Below, in pieces: positions 56,419 to 64,000 of a DNA stretch of 64,000 nucleotides. The stretch's first letter is position 1. Each line of letters opens with the position of its first letter. The stretch is from assembly GCA_964428315.1 (NCBI GenBank), contig CAYRXT010000012.1, positions 562 to 64,561 of the forward strand, in the 5' to 3' direction. This stretch comes from an uncultured Planctomycetales bacterium. GTDB lineage: Bacteria > Omnitrophota > Gorgyraeia > Zapsychrales > CAYRXT01. The notes beneath the pieces were generated by a model. The model did not search any database. It was not told the DNA's origin and worked only from the letters and a program-made list of their open reading frames with translations. The position numbers and the translations under genes were made by a program.

Positions 56419-56806
56419 CCGGTACGCTCCGAAAAAGCCCCCGCGGCCCGTCATGATCTTCGACGGGGATTGTCCTTTCTGTCAAAGATGGATCGATATC
56501 TGGCGGTCTGTCACCGGCGATAAAATTGTTTATGTTCCTTATCAGGAAAAAGCCAGTGAATTCCCCCAGGTGTCGATAGAGGACTGCCGGAAGGCCGTTC
56601 AGCTGCTGATGCCCGACGGTGAAATGTTTGAGGCGGCGGAGGCCGTCTTCCGGTCACTGGCTGTTTCGGGCCGGCAGAGCGGTTGGCTGTGGTGTTACCG
56701 GCACTGCCCGGGCTTTCGTCAGGGTTCCGAAGCCCTCTACAGGTTTGTGGCCGGCCACCGGCCGTTTTTCTCTCGTTTGACAAACAGGTTTTTCGGCGCA
56801 CAATGA
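56408..56806 (+). CDS. DCC-family thiol-disulfide oxidoreductase (DUF393)
   Basis: VMIFDGDCPFCQRWI is the DUF393 CxxC signature. Start ATG 56408 overlaps the ATPase stop. The ORF-track 56306 start is an over-extension. Confidence 0.75.
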   Translation: MESSRYAPKKPPRPVMIFDGDCPFCQRWIDIWRSVTGDKIVYVPYQEKASEFPQVSIEDCRKAVQLLMPDGEMFEAAEAVFRSLAVSGRQSGWLWCYRHCPGFRQGSEALYRFVAGHRPFFSRLTNRFFGAQ

Positions 56807-56807
56807 A

Positions 56808-58088
56808 ATGAATCTGCACTGGGATAAAAAGGGCATCCGGGAATCGTTTCTAATTGTCTGCTGGGCGTTCTATGATCTGGCCAACCAGTTCTTCGCGCTC
56901 AATGTGATTTCGGTATATTTTCCCCGCTGGCTGACTTCGCAAAAACAGGCCCCGGCCGTGTTGTACAGCCTGGCGTTTGGGGCCTCCATGGTCATCGTCG
57001 CCGTGCTGGCCCCCGTTTTGGGCACGATCTCCGATCTTCAGAAGAAAAAGAAGAGCTATCTGACGGTCCTGACTCTTCTTTCGGTGGTGTTCACGATCCT
57101 ATTGAGCCGGACCGAGGACCTGCCTGTGGCCTTGTTCTGTTTTGTGGTCGCGAATATAGGATGCCAGTTGGCGATCGTATTTTATAACGCCCTCCTGGTC
57201 CGGGTCGCCGAAGCCAGGCGACTGGGTTTTGTCTCCGGTGTGGGACGGATGTTCGCCTATATGGGCGCGATCCTGGCGATGCTGCTGAGCAAACCGCTTA
57301 TCGCGCGCTATGGTTATTCGTCGACATTCCTTATGACAGGCGTTGCCTTTTTTATTTTTGCGCTTCCGGCGCTGATATTTATCAGGGAACCCAGACCCTC
57401 CCGCGCGGAGCCTTTCATCTCATTTTTGAACGCGGAAAACCTTATCCCGATCTGGGAAAAACTGAAGAGTGTCTTTCGGAAGAGCACGGAGTTCGCGGAA
57501 ATCCGCCGTTTCCTCATCGCCTTTTTTTACGGCCTGTGCGCCCTGCAGACCGTCATGCTTTTCATGTCCGTTTACGCCGGGGAGGCCTTCGGGTTAACCG
57601 AGACGGCCATTGTGGATCTTGTTATTTTCTCAACGCTGTTCGCGGTCGCCGGGAGCATCCTTTCAGGTGTTATCAGCGACCGCGTCGGCACCAAAAGGGC
57701 CATGGTTGGCGTGTTCGTTTTGTGGTTTGTGAGTTTTTTGGCGGGGGCCTTTCTTAAAGCGCCTTTCCACTGGCTGATCGGGGCTCTGGTGGGATTTGCG
57801 TTAAGTTCGACGTGGGTCGTGGCCCGGGCATGGGTCGTCCGCCTTGTGCCGGAAGACAATATCGGCGAGATTTTCGGATTTTTTAACCTCGTTGCCTATG
57901 TGGCGGGTGTTGTCGGTCCGTTATACTGGGGCGGGATGTTGCTTGTATTGTCTCCTTTCGGCCCCTGGCGTTACCGTCTGGCCTTACTGAGCCTGGTCGT
58001 ATTCATCATCCTGGCATTTTATCATTTAATCAAAATACCGAAGGAAAGGCAAAAGGAGGGATCACATGGATTGGATGAGCAGTCTTGA
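56808..58088 (+). CDS. MFS transporter, Atg22-like (UMF1) family
   Basis: N-terminal WAFYDLANQFFALNVISVYFP block is characteristic of the Atg22-like MFS family. 12 TM helices. Confidence 0.75.
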   Translation: MNLHWDKKGIRESFLIVCWAFYDLANQFFALNVISVYFPRWLTSQKQAPAVLYSLAFGASMVIVAVLAPVLGTISDLQKKKKSYLTVLTLLSVVFTILLSRTEDLPVALFCFVVANIGCQLAIVFYNALLVRVAEARRLGFVSGVGRMFAYMGAILAMLLSKPLIARYGYSSTFLMTGVAFFIFALPALIFIREPRPSRAEPFISFLNAENLIPIWEKLKSVFRKSTEFAEIRRFLIAFFYGLCALQTVMLFMSVYAGEAFGLTETAIVDLVIFSTLFAVAGSILSGVISDRVGTKRAMVGVFVLWFVSFLAGAFLKAPFHWLIGALVGFALSSTWVVARAWVVRLVPEDNIGEIFGFFNLVAYVAGVVGPLYWGGMLLVLSPFGPWRYRLALLSLVVFIILAFYHLIKIPKERQKEGSHGLDEQS

Positions 58089-58485
58089 TGCCGCCTTCCG
58101 TATCGCGGCGGCTTTTGTTTTGGGATCGATCATCGGTTACGAGCGGGAGGTCAAAGGACGGGCCGCCGGCCTGCGCACGCATGTTTTGGTATGTATCGGC
58201 TCGGCGGCATCAATGCTGATTTCTCTGCATCTGCAGCAGACCTATGCCTCGGGTCCCGCGCTGGACCCTTCCCGGATCGCCGCCGGTGTTCTGACCGGGA
58301 TCGGTTTTCTGGGTGCCGGGACAATCATCAAGACCCAGGAGAGGGCCATGGGGCTGACCACGGCGGCCACCATATGGGTGTCCGCCATCATCGGACTGGC
58401 GGTGGGCAGCGGCTATTACCTCGGCGGAGTATTGGCCTCGGTGCTGGCGCTGGCGGCCTTGCGCGGACTGAAGGTCTTTGAATAG
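58066..58485 (+). CDS. MgtC/SapB family membrane protein
   Basis: RBS AAAAGGAGGG. MgtC core (AFVLGSIIGYEREVKGRAAGLRTHVLVCIGSA...GIGFLGAGTIIK). Confidence 0.8.
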   Translation: MDWMSSLDAAFRIAAAFVLGSIIGYEREVKGRAAGLRTHVLVCIGSAASMLISLHLQQTYASGPALDPSRIAAGVLTGIGFLGAGTIIKTQERAMGLTTAATIWVSAIIGLAVGSGYYLGGVLASVLALAALRGLKVFE

Positions 58486-58612
58486 AATATTCCCAGAAAC
58501 CAGGGCCATTGAGGCGGGCATGATTCAGCAGTCAAATGATGAACACAAGGACCGGGGAGCCGCTTACGTCATGGCGGCATCCGGCTAGAACCGTGATGAT
58601 GAGGAGGGCTTA

Positions 58613-60235
58613 GTGAAAATCTCAAAAAAGATTTCTCTTCTTATACTATTCCTTTTGGCGGCGCTGGCGTCCAATACGCTGATCGGCCTTCATCAGCTGA
58701 ACCGGATCGCCCAGGAATTGAGGGATGTGGCACGGAAGGATATCGCCTTGAGAGAGTATGCCTCCGCCATCATGCAGCATCAGCTTGAGAGGGCCATCCT
58801 CTTTGAAAGGATGATCAGCATCGCGGAAGAGCTTGGTTTCGAAGATCCGGCTGAAACCCGGCGGGTTTACCTTTTGGATCAGCTTCAGTTGACCAAGGAG
58901 GGGTTTGGGAAAATCGCCGAACTCGGGGCCGTCAATATCCTCAAAGCGAGAGAGGTTATCGAACAAGGATTGTCGGCGGCCCGGAAAGATCCAAGGCGCG
59001 AAGAACTGGAAAAGCTCGGTGATTTCCTGGATGAGATCGAGCGGGCCCATATCGCGTATGACGCCACGGTTAGCAGGATTTTTAAGTTGATCAGTGCGGG
59101 CGACTATCAACTGAGCCTGGCGGACCTCAATGCCATTGAACGCAAACAACAGCTCTTGTCGGCTGAATTGAAGGGCCTCGTCGGAGAAGTACGCCGGCGC
59201 ACCGCGCGTTCACTCCGCCATGCCGAACAGGTGGAATCTCTCGCCAGAAACATCCTTCTTCTGGGACTGGCCATCAGCCTGGTCGTCGGGGCGGTCATAG
59301 CCGGTCTTATTGTCCGCGGCATAGTCCTTCCCCTGAGGGATCTCGAGAGGGCTGCAGGACAAATCGCCGAGGGGGATTTCGCGGTCCATCTGCCGGTGGT
59401 GTCCCGGGATGAGACCGGAGAGGTCAGCCGCGCCTTTAACACAATGTCGGACAAACTCGTGGAATTCCGCTCTCAGATCGAGCAGAAAAACCGGATGCTG
59501 GCCGCCAACCTGGAACTGACCGATTCCCAGAAAAAAGACCTGGAGCGGATTAACACGGAGCTGGACAGCTTTGTTTACACGGTCAGCCATGATATCGCCG
59601 CGCCGTTAACGGGCATCGCCGGCTACGGATCATATCTGGAAAAGAATTACCGGGATGTCCTGGATGAGAAAGGCATGCGTTCGGTCAAGGGCATCAGGCG
59701 CAGTGCCGAGCGGCTCAACGCCCTTATCAAGGATCTCCTGACATTGAGCCGCATATCCCGTATCAAGAACCCGTATGAGAACGCGAATATCCAGAGAGTG
59801 GCGGAGTCCGTGCTGGAGCGGCTGGAATTCAACATCCGTGAGGCTGACGTCGATGTGCATGTTCCGGAAAATCTTCCGGTGGTGCGCTGTGACCGTATCA
59901 AGATCACGGAGGTCTTTTTTAACCTGATCAACAACGCCGTCAAATTTTCCTCAAGAGACAACAAGACACGCCCGCGCGTGGAGATTGGCTATGCCGACCG
60001 CCACCATTATCATGAATTTTATGTCCGGGACAACGGAATCGGCATCGATCCCAAGGATCATAAGGAGGTCTTCGGAATGTTCAGGCGGCTGAACCCTTCC
60101 AGAGAGTATGAAGGGACGGGGGCGGGGCTGAGCATTGTCAAGAAGATCGTTGAAGACCACGGCGGCAAGATCTGGATAGATTCGCGGGTAGGTGAAGGGT
60201 CCGCTTTCTTTTTTACCATCCCCAAACACCTCTGA
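58613..60235 (+). CDS. Sensor histidine kinase (TM-periplasmic sensor-TM-HAMP-coiled coil-HisKA-HATPase)
   Basis: GTG start with RBS GAGGAGGG. HAMP region. H-box (VYTVSHDIAAPLTGIAGY). N, G1 and G2 boxes (FFNLINNAVKFS; RDNGIGID; GTGAGLSIVKKI). No adjacent response regulator. Confidence 0.85.
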   Translation: MKISKKISLLILFLLAALASNTLIGLHQLNRIAQELRDVARKDIALREYASAIMQHQLERAILFERMISIAEELGFEDPAETRRVYLLDQLQLTKEGFGKIAELGAVNILKAREVIEQGLSAARKDPRREELEKLGDFLDEIERAHIAYDATVSRIFKLISAGDYQLSLADLNAIERKQQLLSAELKGLVGEVRRRTARSLRHAEQVESLARNILLLGLAISLVVGAVIAGLIVRGIVLPLRDLERAAGQIAEGDFAVHLPVVSRDETGEVSRAFNTMSDKLVEFRSQIEQKNRMLAANLELTDSQKKDLERINTELDSFVYTVSHDIAAPLTGIAGYGSYLEKNYRDVLDEKGMRSVKGIRRSAERLNALIKDLLTLSRISRIKNPYENANIQRVAESVLERLEFNIREADVDVHVPENLPVVRCDRIKITEVFFNLINNAVKFSSRDNKTRPRVEIGYADRHHYHEFYVRDNGIGIDPKDHKEVFGMFRRLNPSREYEGTGAGLSIVKKIVEDHGGKIWIDSRVGEGSAFFFTIPKHL

Positions 60236-60422
60236 TTTCTATCCGTTTTTGTCTTCGGTTCATCACTCCGGCATTTTATAACTGAAGAACGCACTGTTTG
60301 TCGGACAAACAAACCGGCAAACCAGAAAAAAGTCAATAATTGGCAGAACCGGCCAATTGGTATTTTTGCGAAAGGTCTATATAAATAGGCAAGAAAGGAA
60401 AAGGGGGGTGCCGGTCGAGCAG

Positions 60423-61019
60423 ATGACCCAGCACAAGGCCGTTATTGTCCGCAAAAAACAGCAGGCCCGGGAAGCCCGGCCGGCGGGATGGGACTACAAT
60501 CCTTACCGGTGGAATTGCCGTGGACCAATCATTGTTATGGCCGTACTGGATGTCCTGGTCGCCGGATATCTGGCCCTTTACCAGTACCGCGTCATTCCGA
60601 CGGTATGGGAGCCGTTTTTCGGAGGAGGAAGCCGGACGGTGCTCAATTCCTGGCTGTCGCACGTCCTGCAGGTTTCCGATGCCGCGCTGGGGGCGTTGGC
60701 GTACACGGCCGATGCCGTCACGGGGTTGATCGGCGGGGAAGGCCGCTGGCGGACAAAACCGTGGGCGGTGATCGCCTTCGCGATTCTTGTCGGACCGGTG
60801 GGCGCGGTCAGTATCCTCTTGGTAATCGCCCAGCCGGCGGTGTTTAACGCCTGGTGCACGTCGTGCATCGTCTCGGCGATTTTGTCGATAGCGATGATCG
60901 GACCGGCCATGGAGGAGGCCCTGGCCTGTTTGCAGTTTTTAAGGAAGATAAAACGCGACCAAAAAGCCAACTTCTGGAATGTGTTTTGGGGGAGGGCTTA
61001 TGTGGGCGCAGATCGTTAA
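60423..61019 (+). CDS. Vitamin K epoxide reductase (VKOR)-like membrane thiol oxidoreductase
   Basis: Four or five TM helices with a membrane-embedded CxxC (NAWCTSCIVS) and a loop Cys. The ORF-track 60357 start is probably too early. Low-moderate confidence. Confidence 0.45.
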   Translation: MTQHKAVIVRKKQQAREARPAGWDYNPYRWNCRGPIIVMAVLDVLVAGYLALYQYRVIPTVWEPFFGGGSRTVLNSWLSHVLQVSDAALGALAYTADAVTGLIGGEGRWRTKPWAVIAFAILVGPVGAVSILLVIAQPAVFNAWCTSCIVSAILSIAMIGPAMEEALACLQFLRKIKRDQKANFWNVFWGRAYVGADR

Positions 61020-61335
61020 TATCTTTTTTGGCATCGCGGTCACGGCCGCGCCGGCCGTGACCCGTTACGGTCCGGCAGGGGCGACGAACAACTTCATCGC
61101 GGGCCCCCTGATTGCCTCCGCGGCCTGCATCGCGGTCTGGGAGGCCAACAGGGGTTTTCGGAAGGTCAACATTGCGCTTGGAGCCTGGCTGCTCGTCTCG
61201 GCTTTGCTGTTTGAGATGTCAGCCGCGGCAACGATCCTCAACGTTGATTCCGGACTAGTCATCGCGCTTTTGTCGTTCGTGGAAGGGAAGAAACGCCATT
61301 CGTATGCGGGCGGGTGGACAGCCGTTTGGAAATAG
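61000..61335 (+). CDS. Small multi-TM membrane protein, hypothetical
   Basis: RBS GGGAGG before ATG 61000. Three predicted TM helices. It overlaps the VKOR-like end by 20 nt, suggesting coupling. Confidence 0.4.
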   Translation: MWAQIVNIFFGIAVTAAPAVTRYGPAGATNNFIAGPLIASAACIAVWEANRGFRKVNIALGAWLLVSALLFEMSAAATILNVDSGLVIALLSFVEGKKRHSYAGGWTAVWK

Positions 61336-61352
61336 AAGAAGGAGGTGAAAAC

Positions 61353-62445
61353 ATGCCGCGCAAACAGGGAAACCGTCCAGTTATTGTCATCACGGGTTGC
61401 TGTGGATTTATCGGTCAGGCGGTCATGAAGGCCCTGCCGGATTCTTATGATATCTTCGGCGTTGACCTCGCCGAACCTAAAACCCCTTTTCCTGATAACG
61501 CCGAATACCATCAGATCGATCTGACCGATGATGACAGCGTGGAGGAGGTGCTGGATGTCCTTCACAAAAGAAAGGCCGCGGTGGCCTCGGTCATTCACCT
61601 GGCGGCCTATTACGATTTTTCGGGCGAGTCGAGCCCGATGTATGAGAAGCTCTCGGTCGCTGGCTCCGGGAGGATGGTCAGAAAGATGAGGGAATTCCCG
61701 GAGGAGCAGTTCCTTTTTACCAGCACGATGCTGGTCCATGAACCCTGCGCAAAGAACGAACACATAACCGAAGATTGGCTCCGCGAAGGCAAATGGCCTT
61801 ATCCGCAGTCCAAAATAAAAACCGAGGACCTTCTGATTCGGGAGCACGGGGCGACACCGCTTGTCATTATGCGGATTGCCGGCGTCTACGATAATTATTG
61901 CGATACCCCTCTCGCATCAGATCCAGCGTATTTACGAAAAGAGGCTGACCAGCCATGTCTACCCGGCGGACGCTTCATGCGGACAGTATTTCATGCATCT
62001 GGAGGATCTGGTGGACGTGATTGTCCGCGCTGTCGAACGACGGAAAAAGCTGGACAAAGAAACAGCCCTTCTCATCGGAGAGCCCGACACTTACAGCTAT
62101 GAGCGTATTCAGAACGAACTGGGACGATTAATCCACGATGTCCGCAGTTGGGAAACCTTCACAGTGCCCAAGACCATGGCCAGGGCCGGGACGTGGGTAG
62201 AGCAGAAGATCCCGGGCATTGAGGACCCTTTCATCAAGCCCTGGATGGTGGAAGTGGCGGACGACCATTATGTCCTGGATATCGCGAAGGCCAGGAGCCT
62301 TCTGGACTGGGAGCCAAGGCACAGGTTGATCGAGACCCTTCCCAGCATGATCAAGGCGCTGAAATCGGATCCGGAAGGATGGTACCGTCGTCATAAAATC
62401 CACATGCCCGGCAAAGTCAAAGAGGAGGTGCGCGCGGGCGAATAA
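61353..62445 (+). pseudogene. NAD-dependent epimerase/dehydratase family gene interrupted by a -1/+1 frameshift in a C4 run (61906-61909)
   Basis: RBS AAGGAGGTG before ATG 61353. The N-terminus (VIVITGCCGFIGQAV) is a Rossmann motif. Frame A carries ..RIAGVYDNYCD and then nonsense. Frame B continues the family-typical IPLSHQIQRIYEKRLTSHVYPADASCGQYFMHLEDLVD to 62445. Confidence 0.6.
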
Positions 62446-62502
62446 ATTTTGTTAAGGATAAAACCGGACAGGAAAACACAAAACGGAGGCTAAAATCGGA
62501 CC

Positions 62503-62970
62503 ATGAAATATTCTATTGAAGAAAAGATGACCAGCTTTGCCCAGGCTTACGGTCTTCATGCGCTGCGCTGGAGTCTTGGCGTCATTTACGTGTGGTTTGG
62601 ATGGCTCAAAATCATCGGGCAGAGTCCCGTCGAGGAGCTCTTAAGCCGTCTGCTTTTTTGGTTCCCGCCGCAGGCGAGCCTGATCTCGCTCGGCGTCGCC
62701 GAGGTGATCATCGGATTGGGCCTGTTGTGCCGTTACTTTTTGCGCGTCACATTGCTTGTCTTTTTTCTCCATATGATCGGGACATTTTTCGTCTTTCCCT
62801 TTGTGCCGGAACTTGCCTTTCAGAACGGCAATCCTTTACTGCTCACGGCCGAAGGCGAATTTGTCCTTAAGAACCTGGTCTTCCTTTCGGCGGGGCTTGT
62901 GCTGTGGGGCGGCCTGCCTGTCCTGAAGCGAAGACAAGGCCGGAATCAAAAGCAGGGCGGCGGTGAATAA
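62503..62970 (+). CDS. DUF417 (YkgB-like) / DoxX-like small membrane protein
   Basis: Four TM helices. The WSLGVIYVWFGWLKIIG motif resembles DUF417. Confidence 0.55.
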   Translation: MKYSIEEKMTSFAQAYGLHALRWSLGVIYVWFGWLKIIGQSPVEELLSRLLFWFPPQASLISLGVAEVIIGLGLLCRYFLRVTLLVFFLHMIGTFFVFPFVPELAFQNGNPLLLTAEGEFVLKNLVFLSAGLVLWGGLPVLKRRQGRNQKQGGGE

Positions 62971-63019
62971 GGCGGTTGGTTGCCGGAGGAGAATCTTGCA
63001 TAGATCGGGGGCATGAATA

Positions 63020-63418
63020 ATGAAAGACAACGTTCTTAAAAAGGCCGTCGAACTTTCGCAGAAGGGGTGTCTGTGCGTGGCCTCGCCTGAAGAAAAGGAA
63101 GCCCCGATGGTGGCCATCATCGGACGGCTGGATTTTCTTTCAAAACAGAGTGTGGCGATTTCCGGATCGTTTAACGATGAAGTCAGAGACATATTGAAAA
63201 AAACACGAAAGGTCCTCATCGAGATATGGGACGGCAATGAAATATTCGCCATTCAGATGGGCGGCGCCATAAAGGACATCAAGGATAAAGGGGTTCGCCG
63301 CCCTCGGGCGTCCGGAAGGACGGCCGTTTTTCCGAAGGAAGGGAAAAGGCGCATAATCGTGGAGATCCGCAGGATTTCCGAATTCCGTCACGTGAGTTGC
63401 CGGGAATTTGATCGTTAA
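63020..63418 (+). CDS. Hypothetical protein
   Basis: 132 aa, K/R-rich. No confident family assignment. Confidence 0.4.
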   Translation: MKDNVLKKAVELSQKGCLCVASPEEKEAPMVAIIGRLDFLSKQSVAISGSFNDEVRDILKKTRKVLIEIWDGNEIFAIQMGGAIKDIKDKGVRRPRASGRTAVFPKEGKRRIIVEIRRISEFRHVSCREFDR

Positions 63419-63830
63419 GGGAGACCGGAGGGATTGAAGGCGGACGTGTTGGGGGCCGACGGGAAACGTTTTGGAGATCCTATCCGGCAGAAGAAGGCGC
63501 GTATGGGAAACCCGGCCCGCCTGGAAAGTCTCGCGCGGCCGTCTGTTCTTTATCCCCGGGATGTCGGCGGGCGGTTGCGGAACTCGCCGGGCGGGGTTCC
63601 CCATGCGCGCGGGCTAATGTGAAAGTTGGAGAAATTTTACGGGTGTCCCGATTGCCTGCGGAGGCCGCACATGTTAGAATAGAACTGGATTCCCGCGGGC
63701 ATGCCCGCGGACTTCATCTTCCGAGCAAGGCAATCTTTCGACTCGCTTCTCACTGGCGTTCGGCGCTCGCTCAGGGTGGTTTGATGCGAGACGAACGATA
63801 AACGGAACCTGACAGACATGGACTATGAGA

Positions 63831-64000
63831 ATGACAAGCCTGATCATAACGCTTTGCCTATTGGGATTGCTTCAGATCCGCGGAGAGGCGGCTGAGATGA
63901 ACACGGGAAGGGAGACGCAAAAGGCCACTTTTGCCGGCGGGTGTTTCTGGTGCATGGAGCCTCCCTTCGAGAAACTGGAAGGCGTGAAGGAGGTCGTTTC
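63831..64000 (+). CDS. msrA: Peptide methionine sulfoxide reductase MsrA (secreted form), 3' end truncated by the window
   Basis: Signal peptide, then [22 protein letters not shown], the hallmark MsrA GCFWC active-site motif. Confidence 0.8.
   Translation, partial: MTSLIITLCLLGLLQIRGEAAEMNTGRETQKATFAGGCFWCMEPPFEKLEGVKEVV

Noticed and set aside
55498-56454. 318-aa minus-strand ORF antisense to the ABC ATPase
   Set aside because: Walker motifs on the + strand make the ATPase unambiguous.
61065-61847. 260-aa minus-strand ORF overlapping the frameshifted epimerase
   Set aside because: The epimerase halves are family-typical on the + strand. The antisense ORF is low complexity.
1-64000. Search for CRISPR arrays, tRNA/rRNA genes, integrases/transposases or phage genes
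   Set aside because: No regularly spaced direct repeats, no cloverleaf-like conserved tRNA segments and no recombinase motifs were seen. The only repeat-rich spots are the elements at 30774-30973 and an 11-bp tandem duplication (TTGAGTCTGTC x2) at 32739-32760 in a divergent promoter region.

Overview
This is a high-GC (~60-65%), gene-dense accessory region from a Gram-negative bacterium. RND, TolC-like and outer-membrane beta-barrel genes are present, and it looks metagenome-derived. No rRNA, tRNA, CRISPR array, integrase or transposase is visible. In window order:

(1) A sugar:cation symporter (GPH/MFS) and a truncated downstream gene at the left edge.

(2) An ECF sigma factor, a zinc-binding (ZAS) anti-sigma, two periplasmic LTXXQ (Spy/CpxP/CnrX-like) proteins, an HAE1-type RND pump and a TolC-like outer-membrane factor. 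There is no periplasmic adaptor gene.

(3) A 14-gene operon, mostly translationally coupled (10844-21784), built around the conserved trio FAD amine-oxidase-like desaturase, DUF1365 and cyclopropane-fatty-acid-synthase-like methyltransferase. These are the homologues of Rhodobacter UfaD, UfaO and UfaM for furan/methylated fatty acids. It also carries a second CFA-family methyltransferase, an SDR, DUF1295, chalcone-isomerase-like, SnoaL-like and YceI-like proteins, a TIGR04283-like GT2 plus DUF547, and small secreted proteins. A ferritin-like gene follows.

(4) An unusually dense set of envelope glycosylation genes: at least five predicted GT-C-fold membrane glycosyltransferases (TMTC/PMT-like with TPR, ArnT/GT39-like, two further PMT_2-like, YfhO-like), two polyprenyl-phosphate sugar synthases (Dpm1/ArnC/GtrB-like GT2), a flippase-like protein and a GT4. 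These are linked to a radical-SAM enzyme, a Gfo/Idh/MocA oxidoreductase, a sugar-phosphate isomerase and a CE4 deacetylase.

(5) An NHL-repeat propeller protein, an ATP-grasp protein, a TPR membrane protein and a PP2C phosphatase.

(6) NAD-IDH-family dehydrogenase, a Na/Pi cotransporter, a sugar ABC transporter, a DCC-family thiol oxidoreductase, an Atg22-like MFS, MgtC, an orphan histidine kinase, a VKOR-like protein, a frameshifted NAD-epimerase, a DUF417 protein and a partial MsrA.

The most unusual non-coding feature is a ~200 bp AT-rich element with nested inverted repeats (MITE-like) in a convergent intergenic region at 30774-30973.

All calls rest on reading motifs in the sequence and the ORF track. 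No database search was possible.
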